Shown: piece by piece, positions 47,775 through 57,496 of the stretch | Numbering within the stretch: the stretch's first letter is position 1 | Layout of the letters: every line of letters starts with the position of its first letter | DNA from: an uncultured bacterium | GTDB lineage: Bacteria; Patescibacteriota; Saccharimonadia; UBA4664 | DNA: 64,000 nucleotides | Assembly (NCBI GenBank): GCA_963720265.1 | Contig: CAVRET010000001.1 | Span: 69,916-133,915, forward strand | Direction: 5' to 3' | Program-made: the position numbers and the translations under genes | Notes under the pieces: generated by a model | Seen by the model: only the letters and a program-made list of their open reading frames with translations | What the model was told of the DNA's origin: nothing | The model's database searches: none

Positions 47775-47804
47775 ATGGTATCTGGTGCTGCCGTCCAGTG
47801 TCAA
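47775..47804 (-). promoter_or_regulatory. Sigma70-type promoter of the CHAP hydrolase gene
   Basis: TTGACA-18 nt-TACCAT. Confidence 0.6.
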
Positions 47805-47815
47805 ATTGGCCGAGC

Positions 47816-48736
47816 TTAGAGTTTAAGATAGCGGCTGAGCGCCAGCATGGACGAAAAAGCGCCGATGAAGATACCCACCACCAGCTCGCCGAACATGACG
47901 AGCACCGGATAGGTACGGAAGAAATTGATAGTTGACTGCACATCGATGTAGCTGCCTAGTTTGGGGCCGCCTCCAAGCAGTACGACGTAGCTTAAGCACA
48001 CCGCGATGATGGCCGCAATAATGCCATACATGGCGGCTTCAAAGATAAACGGCCCGCGGATAAACCACTTCGTGGCGCCGACCAGCTTCATGATTTCGAT
48101 CTCCTCACGGCGAGTGAAGATAGCCATGCGGATGGTGTTGAAAATAATCAGCGTGGAGATGATGACAAAGATGAGGCTGGCGACAAACTCCGAGCGTTTA
48201 AAGAAGTTGGATACGCTCACAATTCGATTAATGGTGTCTTTATTTTGGCCTGAATAACTAGGCGGAGCAGTGGGATCGAGCAGGGCATTGTACTGAGGCT
48301 CTTTGGTAACGGCGATGATTGAGCTGAGGTTTTTGGGGTCTTTGGCCTTTACCTGGAGACTGGCCGGGAGCGGATTGCCGGCCAGCTGCAAACCTTCGAG
48401 GAGTTGCTTGTTTCCCGCTATCGTGCGCTGGTATTGAGTAAGGGCATCAGCTTTGGAAAGATAGCTGACTGAGGCAACATTGGGGTTGGCCGAAAGGGCG
48501 GCCTCAAAGGTCTGGAGCTGCGCCGGCGTGACCGAATCGGTGAGGTAGATCGAAACATCGATTTTATCGGTTACGCCCTTAATGGTGGACGACAGCGCAG
48601 AGTTAGAGATAAACGAAATCACGATGATCGTGAGCGTGATGGTCATCACCGCGGTAGCGGCAGTCGACAACCAAGCATTGCGCAAGAAATTACGGGCACC
48701 GGCGTGCACGACGCGCCAAAATTGGAGCCACATCAT
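47816..48736 (-). CDS. ftsX: Cell division permease FtsX
   Basis: RN..LS, NPLP, NTIR.AI..RREEIEIMKLVGA..FIR.PF..E. Confidence 0.95.
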   Translation of the reverse strand: MMWLQFWRVVHAGARNFLRNAWLSTAATAVMTITLTIIVISFISNSALSSTIKGVTDKIDVSIYLTDSVTPAQLQTFEAALSANPNVASVSYLSKADALTQYQRTIAGNKQLLEGLQLAGNPLPASLQVKAKDPKNLSSIIAVTKEPQYNALLDPTAPPSYSGQNKDTINRIVSVSNFFKRSEFVASLIFVIISTLIIFNTIRMAIFTRREEIEIMKLVGATKWFIRGPFIFEAAMYGIIAAIIAVCLSYVVLLGGGPKLGSYIDVQSTINFFRTYPVLVMFGELVVGIFIGAFSSMLALSRYLKL

Positions 48737-49428
48737 CCCTTGCCTCCTTCGAGTGAGTAGCGGCCCTGCTCCTCGTCTTTGATGATTTTGCCCTTGTTAA
48801 TGGTAATAACGCGGCGCTTCAAGGCGTTGACAATCTCCTTGTTGTGAGTGGTGAGCAGCACGGTAGTGCCAAAGCGGTTAATTTTGAGTAGGAGCTCGAT
48901 GATTTCCCAGGCGTTTTTGGGGTCGAGGTTGCCGGTCGGCTCGTCGGCAATGAGGATCTTGGGCTGGCGGATGAGCGCTCTGGCTATGGCAACTCTCTGG
49001 CGTTCACCACCGGACAGCTCATCCGGGAAGCTCTTTTCCTTGGAGCCCAGGCCGACGAGTGTGAGCATCTTTGGTACGGCGCGCTTAATTTCACGGCCGC
49101 GTGCGCCTGAGACCTCGAGTGCAAAAGCGACATTCTCCCCCACTCTACGACCAGGCAGCAGCTTGAAATCTTGAAATACGACACCAATGCGGCGGCGCAC
49201 GAGCGGCACATCTTTGGGCCGGATGGTGTCATAGTCGAGTCCGCCAACGATGATTTTACCAGATGTGTGCACTTCTTCGCGCGTGAGCAGTTTGATGAGT
49301 GTGGATTTGCCGGCGCCAGACGAGCCCACAATGGTCACGAACTCCTTGGGTTGGATATGCAGATTAAGACCGCTGAGTGCGATCTGCTGGTTTGGATAAA
49401 TTTTGGTGACGCGGTCCAGGAGAATCAC
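48733..49428 (-). CDS. ftsE: Cell division ATPase FtsE
   Basis: GSSGAGKS, RRRIGVVFQDFKLL, LSGGE, ADEPTGNLD. Confidence 0.96.
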   Translation of the reverse strand: MILLDRVTKIYPNQQIALSGLNLHIQPKEFVTIVGSSGAGKSTLIKLLTREEVHTSGKIIVGGLDYDTIRPKDVPLVRRRIGVVFQDFKLLPGRRVGENVAFALEVSGARGREIKRAVPKMLTLVGLGSKEKSFPDELSGGERQRVAIARALIRQPKILIADEPTGNLDPKNAWEIIELLLKINRFGTTVLLTTHNKEIVNALKRRVITINKGKIIKDEEQGRYSLEGGKG

Positions 49429-49506
49429 GTTCTCAGTGTAGCATAGCTGCCGGGTTCGACGCGGCTGGGGCGGCCTAGTTTTGGAAGAATAGCTATTGCG
49501 CTTGGA

Positions 49507-50130
49507 TTAAAAGTCTATGCTTTCATTTAAGCCGACAAGGTAAACCGACTTCGTTCGACTCGTACGAATCCAAGGCAGGAAGTACGCAACCTTAAATTTT
49601 AGCTTGTTATCAATGTAAATGTTTTCGAGCTCGTATGGTCCAAATTCAGCCAGTGTTTCAAGAGTGACGTGCTTCGGGACACGCGCGATTATGTCGGATG
49701 TAACTCGCCTGCGGGTCAGAAGGATCATTTGTCGCATACTTGGCTGCATGTCGTCTATGTCTAACGCGTGGGCGGACTTATCATTTCCTTTTATTGACCA
49801 GTCTGGATCGAGTATCGCGACTTCGGCAGTAATAGAGCTCAGTAGTCTTTCGTCGAGCACATCCCCAACCATGAACTTTGTGTTGTCTTCGACACCGTAG
49901 GTTTTGGCGTTATGTTTGGCGTCTTTTATTCTTCGAGGGTTAATGTCTATCCCGTAAACCATGGGCATGACTCGAGCGATATGAATTGCCATTGCGCCTA
50001 CGGCCGTACACAGTTCGACGCAGGTGCGATATTGCCTGAGGCGTTCAGCGATATGGATTGCGGCAACTTCCGGAATGCTCATGGAGAGTGCTTCGTTATC
50101 ACCTTGGAGGGGTTTGGAAAATTTATCCAT
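49507..50130 (-). CDS. Trimethylguanosine synthase (Tgs1)-like SAM methyltransferase
   Basis: SIPE.AA.HIAERL, ELCTAVG, IDINP.RI..AKHNA..YGV, GD, LDPDW, C-terminal ELENIYIDNKLK..AYF parallel the Tgs1 catalytic domain. Confidence 0.7.
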   Translation of the reverse strand: MDKFSKPLQGDNEALSMSIPEVAAIHIAERLRQYRTCVELCTAVGAMAIHIARVMPMVYGIDINPRRIKDAKHNAKTYGVEDNTKFMVGDVLDERLLSSITAEVAILDPDWSIKGNDKSAHALDIDDMQPSMRQMILLTRRRVTSDIIARVPKHVTLETLAEFGPYELENIYIDNKLKFKVAYFLPWIRTSRTKSVYLVGLNESIDF

Positions 50131-50133
50131 GGG

Positions 50134-51246
50134 CTAAGAGCCGATTTGGGAATTCAGATAGGCGTCGATGAAGGGGTCGAGGGCGCCGTCTAGCACACCG
50201 GCCGCATCGGCGGTTTCGGCTCCCGTGCGCACGTCTTTGACTTTGGTGTAAGGGTGGAGCACGTAATTGCGGATTTGCTGGCCCCATTCGGCGGATTTGT
50301 CTGAGGCGCGTAGCTCGGTAATGCTGGCTTTGTGTTCGGCCTCGAGCTGGGCGGCCAGGCGGGATTTAAGCACGGCCATGGCCTTTTCGCGGTTTTGGAG
50401 TTGCGAGCGTTCGTTTTGAATCGCCACAACCAGACCGGTGGGAAGATGCGTGATGCGCACGGCGGAATCGGTGGTGTTAACCGACTGGCCGCCGTGGCCG
50501 GAACTGCGATAAACATCGATGCGCAGGTCGGCTGGGTTGATGTCGATATAGGTTTGGGCCTCAATTTGGGGCAAAACTTCGACCAGAGCGAACGAGGTTT
50601 GACGCAAATTATCGGCGTTAAATGGGCTCAGGCGGACGAGCCGGTGGACGCCGGCCTCGCCTTTGAGCCGGCCGTAGGCATAGTCGCCGTTAATCTCAAA
50701 GGTCGTGCTTTTAATTCCGGCTTCGTCGCCGGGGCTTGCGGACAGAATCTCAGTGGTGTAGCCGCCTGCAGTGGCCCAGCGTAGGTACATACGTTGCAGC
50801 ATGCCGGCCCAATCCTGTGCATCGGTGCCACCGGTGCCGGCGTGGATTTCAACAATAGCGTTTGTGCGGTCGTGGAGGCCGGAAAGTTTGAGTTCAAATT
50901 GACGCTGGTCGAAGTCGGATCGGACGCGGCTGAAAAGGTCGCTGATTTGGCGAACGGTGCCGTCATCCTGACTGCCGGATGTTTGCTCTAGGCGGGCGAG
51001 CTCGAGTGCTTCCGCCACCTCTGTTTCGAGGTTATCCCAAGTTTCAAGCCTCCGCTCCAGCCCAGTGAGCTGTTTGGACACGGCCGTTGCAGACTGCGGG
51101 TCGGACCAAAAATCTGGCGCTTCGGTACGGCGCCGTAGTACCTCAAGTTGACGGCGGTCGGCATCGAGGTTTAATTTCGCCATGGCTTCTTGCACTTCGG
51201 CCTTTAGTGCTTCCAAGTCGCGGATGAGCTCTTTGAGTTCTTGCAT
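50134..51246 (-). CDS. prfB: Peptide chain release factor 2 (no internal frameshift)
   Basis: GGTDAQDWA, HRLVRLSPF (SPF), SSGHGGQSVN (GGQ). Confidence 0.96.
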   Translation of the reverse strand: MQELKELIRDLEALKAEVQEAMAKLNLDADRRQLEVLRRRTEAPDFWSDPQSATAVSKQLTGLERRLETWDNLETEVAEALELARLEQTSGSQDDGTVRQISDLFSRVRSDFDQRQFELKLSGLHDRTNAIVEIHAGTGGTDAQDWAGMLQRMYLRWATAGGYTTEILSASPGDEAGIKSTTFEINGDYAYGRLKGEAGVHRLVRLSPFNADNLRQTSFALVEVLPQIEAQTYIDINPADLRIDVYRSSGHGGQSVNTTDSAVRITHLPTGLVVAIQNERSQLQNREKAMAVLKSRLAAQLEAEHKASITELRASDKSAEWGQQIRNYVLHPYTKVKDVRTGAETADAAGVLDGALDPFIDAYLNSQIGS

Positions 51247-51278
51247 GCGGATATTTTATACTGGCGCGCGACTGATAT

Positions 51279-52244
51279 CTAATTTCCGGCCGCGCCCTGA
51301 ACCTGGGCTGTCGAAATCTGGGAAACCGGTTGCGTGCCGTCATATTCGGTAACAAGTGCGTTGTACTGCGTAATAAGCTGGTTGTACTGGCTGATCGTAT
51401 TATTCTCAACCGCGATCTCGCGCGTGTAGAGATTGTAATAGTAATTGTCTTCGGCGGCATTGCCGTCGTGTGCCCAGCTCACGCTTTGGTTATAGCTGGC
51501 GTCCGCCATACTGCTTTGCTGGGTAATGAGGCCCTTAAGCTGGGCGAGTTGGGACTGATCGTTGTTAAACCGGGCTTGAACTGCGGTGTTGCCGGCAATA
51601 TTGGCCGCCAGATTGGTGAAATACTGGCTGTAGTAGGCCGCCAGGTCAGATGACAGATCGCTGTATTCGGTGCCGAGGAGCGAGAACAATTCGAGATCGC
51701 GGTCGCCCGGTTCGGTTTTGGCAAAATTACTCACCTGCGTGTCGAGGTCTTGGTCATGGAGGCGGGCATAATTGGCTTCAATGGCCTGGTTGAGGGCAGA
51801 GCCATTGCCGCTTTGAGTGTTTTGAAGGTATACGATATGGAGCATTTCATAAGCGGCGGTGGTGGCCTCGAGTTCTTGCAGGTCTTGGGGCATCCGGCGC
51901 AGGTAGATGCGGCCGGTTTCGGGGTTGTAGCAGCCTTGCTCAATAAAGCCGTTCGAGTTAGCCGCGGCCGCTGGGCAATTGATCTCCATTTGAGGGTCGC
52001 TGTCGAGCTCAGGCTGGGCTTTGAGAAACAATAATTCCCCGGTTTTGCTCATGCCGGCCTGGGTCGCGAGTGCGGCCATCACAGGATTGGCGTGACGCAG
52101 AATTAGCTGGTTGGCGACGGGCTGGTAGGCCCAAGCGCTTGCGACAATAAAAACCACCACCAGCCAAAAGACTAGACGCCGGAGCATTCGATTGGTAGTA
52201 GAGGCAGTTGGTGGCATAGCTGGGGCGGGTGAAACTAGCGCCAA
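51279..52244 (-). CDS. Membrane-anchored protein with zincin-like fold and C-terminal coiled coil
   Basis: TM, GCY...IY, AAYEMLH (HExxH with His to Tyr), ELFSLLGTE. Confidence 0.6.
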   Translation of the reverse strand: MALVSPAPAMPPTASTTNRMLRRLVFWLVVVFIVASAWAYQPVANQLILRHANPVMAALATQAGMSKTGELLFLKAQPELDSDPQMEINCPAAAANSNGFIEQGCYNPETGRIYLRRMPQDLQELEATTAAYEMLHIVYLQNTQSGNGSALNQAIEANYARLHDQDLDTQVSNFAKTEPGDRDLELFSLLGTEYSDLSSDLAAYYSQYFTNLAANIAGNTAVQARFNNDQSQLAQLKGLITQQSSMADASYNQSVSWAHDGNAAEDNYYYNLYTREIAVENNTISQYNQLITQYNALVTEYDGTQPVSQISTAQVQGAAGN

Positions 52245-52283
52245 TATAGTAATTATGGCGTATTTTGTCGAGCCTGTATGCGC

Positions 52284-54878
52284 CTAGAAGTGGTTATGCC
52301 CGCCATGATTGTCATGCCCGGGCCGGGCTTGATCAATGGGCGGTGGTGATGCGAGCGGCAATCCCGGCGGCGGCGTCGGCGGGGCTGCTGGTGCGGCAGT
52401 GGGTAAGGTGGAGCCGTCGGAGAGGTCAGAGGTGCCGCACTGACGAGTAGGCAGATTTGATGTCATGAACGCTTCTTGGTAGGAGCCGGGGCTGCCAGGT
52501 GCAGACAGGCCGCCGTCTTGGCAAACCGTGAGCATTGAGATACCGGCGGGCTGGGTGAAGTTTTCGATTGGCTGGCCGTTTAGGGCCATCTCCATGTATT
52601 GATGCCAGATAGGGGCGGCGCCGGTGATGCCGTCAACGTTTTGCATGGGCGTGTGATTGGCATTCCCCACCCAGACGGCGGTGACGATTTGCGGGGTGTA
52701 GCCGATGGTCCAGTTGTCGTCAAAATCGTTGGTGGTGCCGGTTTTGGCGGCCGCCGGGCGACCGTTTGAAAGCTCAAGCGGGCCGTTCAACGGGAACTCT
52801 GGCAATCTGGCGCTATTGTCTTGCATGATGTTTGTGAGCATGTAGGCGATGCGGGGGTCAAGTACTTGTTGCGGTGCGGCCTGCGTATCTTTGGTGATGT
52901 CTTTGCCGTCGCGGTTGGTGACCTTGAGAATGGCACGGGGTTCGATCTTGACACCGTTGTTGTCGAGCGTCTCGTAGACCGTGGCCATATCGAGCGGGGT
53001 GACGTCTCCCCCGCCGAGTACCAGGCTGAGACCGTACTGGCTAGAGTCGTTTAAGGTGGTGATACCCATGGCGTGGGCGGTGACAAGCGTGGCCGGAATG
53101 GTGGCAAACTGCAGCACTTTGACGGCTGGGATGTTGAGCGAGTTATCGAGCGCGTGGCGCAGGGTGACGACACCGTGGAATTTGAGGTCGTAGTTTTGTG
53201 GGGTGTAGACTGAGCCGCCGGCACCTGTGAACGTGACCGGTGCATCGAGCACCTGGGTGGCGCCGGTCCAGCCTTTTTCAAAGGCGGTGGCGTAGGCGAT
53301 GGGTTTGAAGCTGGAGCCGGGCTGGAGCTGGCTGAGCGTAGCGTTAACATTGCCAAAGCCAGCGGCGTCGTAATTAACGCTTCCCACCATGCTCAAGATG
53401 TCGCCGGTTTTGGGGTCGAGCGAAACGAGTGCGCCGTCTGTGACATTGTGTGAGGCTAGGTTGTTTATCTGGTTTTGAATGATTTTTTCAGCAGCTTGTT
53501 CCTTATCAAGATCAAGAGTGGTTTTTACCGTGATGCCCCCTTGCTCGACCATGTCGTCGCCGTATTCGGCCCGCAGTTGGTCGAGCACGTAGAACACAAA
53601 CCACGGCGCTTGGATATTGACGGTCTTTGAATATACCAGCATGGGCTGGCTTCCGGCTTGCGCAGTAACCGGCGCGCCGGTGGCGGCAAGTTGCATGGGC
53701 TGCGCCTCGGCGGCCGCGGCTTGGGCCCCGGTTATCATGTGCAGGTCGGCCATGCGCCCGAGCACATAATTGCGGCGGCCAGTGGCGGCACCGGTGTCAA
53801 AGTTTGGATCAAACCGACTGGGACCGAGCGGCAGCCCGGCCAGCAACGCTGATTCGCCCAGCGTGAGCTGTGAGACCGGCTTGTGGAAGTAGGTCTGCGC
53901 TGCGACCTGGACACCGGTTGAGCCCTGGCCGTAATAGATGGCATTAAGGTACATATCGAGAATTTGGCCTTTGGTGTAGCGGTGTGCCAGCTCGATTGAA
54001 AGCAAAAGCTCCTGATATTTGCGTTGCAAGGTCTTGTTGGAATTAAGGAGGGCGTTTTTCACGAGTTGCTGCGTGATAGTAGAGCCGCCCTCCATGGTGC
54101 TGGTATGCGTAACATCGATAACCGCGGCCCGGGCTAGGCCTTTAACTGAGAAACCGGGATTGGTATAGAACGTCGGATCCTCGGCGGCAACGGTCGCGTT
54201 CTTGAGGCTGGATGGGATATCGCTCAGCGCCACCGGCTGAGCGGCCTGTGCGCCGTAGCCTTCAAACAGTACTTTGCCGTTGCGGTCGAGAATGACGGTG
54301 CCGGTTTTTTTGACCGCCATGAGTGCGGCTGGGCTGGAGATGTCATAGGCGTAGGTTTTGATGGTTTTGAGCGCTACCATGGTGCCAATCGTGCCGGCAG
54401 TGGCGAGACCGGTAACAACGAGGAGCAAGTAGATGCGACGAGCCGGCCGGCTGAGGGCGGCACGGCGGCTGCGCCGGGCAGCGGTGCGGACATCGGCGGC
54501 GAGCGGCGGTGTATACCCAAAAGCGGCTTGTGTGCCGTAAGTGGCGGCGTAGCGCAGGCGCCGCCTGCTGTAGGTCAGTTGCTCCGTGGCGCAGAAACTG
54601 ATCATTAGCAGCCAGCCGGTTACCCGCCCGCCGAAGCGTTGCAGGGCAGGCCACAATGGGCGCTGGCGGATTCGGCCGATATGTACAATTCGGCGCCAGT
54701 GGCCACCTTTGAACCAGCGTGCGAGCCGGCGGCCGGACTCACCAAAGATGCCGGCTCCGGTGGAGAGGTGCTCAGACAGTTCCGGCCAGGCCGCAGGCGG
54801 CATTACCGCTATCGGCAGCGATTCGTAGAAAGTCGGCTCGCGCCGAGGTTTTGGTTGGGATCGTTTTGGTTTGGCCAT
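52284..54878 (-). CDS. Class A PBP (PBP1a transglycosylase/transpeptidase)
   Basis: AAEDPTF, GGSTITQQLVKN, RKYQE, YLNAIYYG, PGSSFKP, SLN, AAKTGT. Confidence 0.93.
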   Translation of the reverse strand: MAKPKRSQPKPRREPTFYESLPIAVMPPAAWPELSEHLSTGAGIFGESGRRLARWFKGGHWRRIVHIGRIRQRPLWPALQRFGGRVTGWLLMISFCATEQLTYSRRRLRYAATYGTQAAFGYTPPLAADVRTAARRSRRAALSRPARRIYLLLVVTGLATAGTIGTMVALKTIKTYAYDISSPAALMAVKKTGTVILDRNGKVLFEGYGAQAAQPVALSDIPSSLKNATVAAEDPTFYTNPGFSVKGLARAAVIDVTHTSTMEGGSTITQQLVKNALLNSNKTLQRKYQELLLSIELAHRYTKGQILDMYLNAIYYGQGSTGVQVAAQTYFHKPVSQLTLGESALLAGLPLGPSRFDPNFDTGAATGRRNYVLGRMADLHMITGAQAAAAEAQPMQLAATGAPVTAQAGSQPMLVYSKTVNIQAPWFVFYVLDQLRAEYGDDMVEQGGITVKTTLDLDKEQAAEKIIQNQINNLASHNVTDGALVSLDPKTGDILSMVGSVNYDAAGFGNVNATLSQLQPGSSFKPIAYATAFEKGWTGATQVLDAPVTFTGAGGSVYTPQNYDLKFHGVVTLRHALDNSLNIPAVKVLQFATIPATLVTAHAMGITTLNDSSQYGLSLVLGGGDVTPLDMATVYETLDNNGVKIEPRAILKVTNRDGKDITKDTQAAPQQVLDPRIAYMLTNIMQDNSARLPEFPLNGPLELSNGRPAAAKTGTTNDFDDNWTIGYTPQIVTAVWVGNANHTPMQNVDGITGAAPIWHQYMEMALNGQPIENFTQPAGISMLTVCQDGGLSAPGSPGSYQEAFMTSNLPTRQCGTSDLSDGSTLPTAAPAAPPTPPPGLPLASPPPIDQARPGHDNHGGHNHF

Positions 54879-55003
54879 GATACGCCCACAGATGATGAAT
54901 TGATTGATTGGTGACAGATGAATATCGTCACATTTACCAATTATCGTAGAGCGCCTTGGCTGATATTACAATGTAAAAATACCCTAAATGGCAGCCGGTG
55001 GTG

Positions 55004-57319
55004 CTAATTGCTGCGTCGGCGGCTACGGCTGCGGCGACTGCGCACCGGAGCGGCGGACAATAGCTCTTGGGCAGCCGCGAGGTCGAGGGATTTCGGGTCA
55101 GTGCCCTTGGGGACCTTGGCATTTTTGGTGCCGTCGGTAACGTAGGGTCCAAAACGACCGTTCAGTACAGCGATGTTTGTGCCGTCGAAGGCCGTGATGT
55201 GTTTGGCCGCGTCGGCGGCTTGTTTTTCTTTAATGAGCTCACGGGCACGCTCGAGCGTGATGGTAAATGGGTCGTCGGGCTTGATCGAGGCGTAGGTACT
55301 ACCCCATTTAATGTAAGGTCCGAAGCGGCCAAAGTTGGTGGTGATGTCCTGGCCGGATTCGGTTTGACCCAAGGTGCGCGGTAGTTTGAGTAGCTCCAGT
55401 GCTTCCTCGAGCGTAATCTCGTCGAGCCGCCGACCGGGTGGGATGGGTGCAAACCTGGGCTTCTCTTCTTGCTCTTCCGCCTCGCCGAGCTGAAGCATAG
55501 GGCCGTAGCGGCCGAGCCGAGCAATAATGGGCTTGCCAGTGGCGGGATCGGTGCCTAGCTCGCGGGCCCCGGCGGCTTCTTGGCGGCTAAGGGAGTCGGC
55601 GGCCTCAACGGTTTCGTGGAAGGGGCCATAGAATTCGGCGATCATGGCGTTCCATTTTTGCTTGCCGTCTTCAATGTCGTCGAATTCTTCCTCGACCTTT
55701 TTGGTGAAGTCATAATCGACCACGGCCGGGAAGTTCTTAACCAGAAAATCAGTAACGAGCATGCCAACCGAGGTGGGCAGGAGTTTGTTGCGGTCAGCCC
55801 CGTAGGTTTCTACGGTGTCGGTTTCAGTAACGGCACCCTCTTTGAGCTCGAAGCGCTTCACCGGCCGCTCCTTGCCCTCGAGGTCGCCTTTTTCGACGTA
55901 CTGGCGGTCCTGAATAGTGGAAATGGTGGGCGCGTAGGTACTTGGCCTGCCGATGCCCATTTCTTCCATGCGCTTTACGAGCGAGGCCTCGGTGTAGCGC
56001 GGCTTCGGGCGTTCGTAGGTCTGGACGGCTTGCATGAGTCCTAGCGGCAGGGTTTGGCCGGTTGTGAGCGGGGGCAAAATCCCCTCTTCTTCCGGGTCCT
56101 CATCGGACTCGTGTGCCAGATAGAGCGTGAGGAAGCCGTCGAATTTTACGACCTCGCCCTTGGCCTGCAAGGTTTCCGGTCGGGTGGAGACGGCAACCGT
56201 GGCGGTGGTACGTTCGAGCTGGGCCTCGGCCATTTGCGAGGCCACGGTGCGTTTCCAGATGAGTTCATAGAGCTTGGCCTGACCGGACTCGGCTGCAATG
56301 GTGGGGTGCTCGAAGTTGGTGGGGCGGATCGCCTCGTGAGCCTCTTGGGCGCCGGCGGTTTTGGTGGTGAATTGGCGTTGCTTGTGGTAATTAGCACCAT
56401 ATTTCGCCTTAATTTCAGCTGCGGCGCCGGAGAGCGCTTGGTCAGAAAGATGGACCGAATCAGTACGCATGTAGGTAATGTGCCCGGCTTCGTACAGGCG
56501 CTGGGCCAGCGTCATTGTTTGGCGGACGCTAAAATAGAGCTTGCGGCTAGCTTCTTGCTGAAGCGTAGAAGTGGTAAACGGCGGTGCCGGAGCACGGGTA
56601 GCCGGTTTGGTTTCGATATCCGCAACCGTGAAGGTGGCGTTTATGCAATCTTCGAGGAATTTCCTAGCTTCGGCGTCGGTTTTGAAGCGCGTGGGCAGTT
56701 CGGCCTTAAACGGTTCGCCGTCAGCCGTAAATTCGGCTGTGATTTTGTAACTGGCACCGCCGGCAAAGTCTTGGATTTCGCGCTCGCGTTCGACGATCAG
56801 GCGAACGGCTACACTTTGCACCCGGCCGGCGCTTAAGCCGGTTTGGATTTTCTTCCATAGCACGGGCGAAAGCTCGTATCCTACGAGCCGGTCTAGTACG
56901 CGGCGGGCCTGTTGGGCATCCACTAACCCCAGGTCAACGTGGCGCGGGTGTTCGATGGCACGTTCAATGGCTGGTTTCGTGATTTCATGGAACGCAATGC
57001 GCTTGGTGGTTTTAACATCAAGGCCGAGCGCCTGGCACAAATGCCAACTAATGGCCTCGCCTTCACGGTCTTCATCAGTGGCTAGCCAAGTCGTGTTGGC
57101 GGCTTTGGCGAATTTTTTAAGTTCAGCAACGCGTTTTTTTTGGTCCGGTGTTACCTCGTAGGTGGGCACAAAATCGTGCTCAATATCAATGCTCATGCCG
57201 GATTTTGGCAAGTCACGAACGTGGCCATACGAAGCCTCAACCTGGTAGTCCTTACCAAGAAACTGGCCAATGGTTTTGGCCTTGGCCGGGCTTTCAACTA
57301 TGACAAGATTTTTACTCAT
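55004..57319 (-). CDS. topA: DNA topoisomerase I
   Basis: LVIVESPAKAKTI, ATDEDREGE, SAGRVQS, ITYMRTDS, GRYGP/GRFGP Topo_C repeats. Confidence 0.97.
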   Translation of the reverse strand: MSKNLVIVESPAKAKTIGQFLGKDYQVEASYGHVRDLPKSGMSIDIEHDFVPTYEVTPDQKKRVAELKKFAKAANTTWLATDEDREGEAISWHLCQALGLDVKTTKRIAFHEITKPAIERAIEHPRHVDLGLVDAQQARRVLDRLVGYELSPVLWKKIQTGLSAGRVQSVAVRLIVEREREIQDFAGGASYKITAEFTADGEPFKAELPTRFKTDAEARKFLEDCINATFTVADIETKPATRAPAPPFTTSTLQQEASRKLYFSVRQTMTLAQRLYEAGHITYMRTDSVHLSDQALSGAAAEIKAKYGANYHKQRQFTTKTAGAQEAHEAIRPTNFEHPTIAAESGQAKLYELIWKRTVASQMAEAQLERTTATVAVSTRPETLQAKGEVVKFDGFLTLYLAHESDEDPEEEGILPPLTTGQTLPLGLMQAVQTYERPKPRYTEASLVKRMEEMGIGRPSTYAPTISTIQDRQYVEKGDLEGKERPVKRFELKEGAVTETDTVETYGADRNKLLPTSVGMLVTDFLVKNFPAVVDYDFTKKVEEEFDDIEDGKQKWNAMIAEFYGPFHETVEAADSLSRQEAAGARELGTDPATGKPIIARLGRYGPMLQLGEAEEQEEKPRFAPIPPGRRLDEITLEEALELLKLPRTLGQTESGQDITTNFGRFGPYIKWGSTYASIKPDDPFTITLERARELIKEKQAADAAKHITAFDGTNIAVLNGRFGPYVTDGTKNAKVPKGTDPKSLDLAAAQELLSAAPVRSRRSRSRRRSN

Positions 57320-57444
57320 GACGCTTACGGTAGCAGCTCTTAGGCTTTGTGGTCTAGTGGAAAATTTGGCCGGATGGGCCTGGCCACCGAAGACCGACGT
57401 TAGCAAATTTTTCTGCCGGCCGTCAATGGGTAAACACGAACGAA

Positions 57445-57485
57445 GCCCCGGATCGGACGCGCGGGGCATTCGTCCGATCCGGGGC
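57445..57485 (-). terminator. GC-rich 15-bp perfect stem-loop
   Basis: GCCCCGGATCGGACG ... CGTCCGATCCGGGGC. Confidence 0.65.
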
Positions 57486-57496
57486 GGTCTCGTCTG

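Noticed and set aside
51150-51246. Programmed +1 frameshift in prfB
   Set aside because: The ORF is continuous from the ATG with no CTT-TGA slippery site; this is a known non-frameshifting variant
57320-57469. N-terminal extensions of topA, M16 peptidase, Clp ATPase and ftsW in the ORF track
   Set aside because: Conserved N-termini, SD or -10 positions and stop/start overlaps support the downstream starts used here
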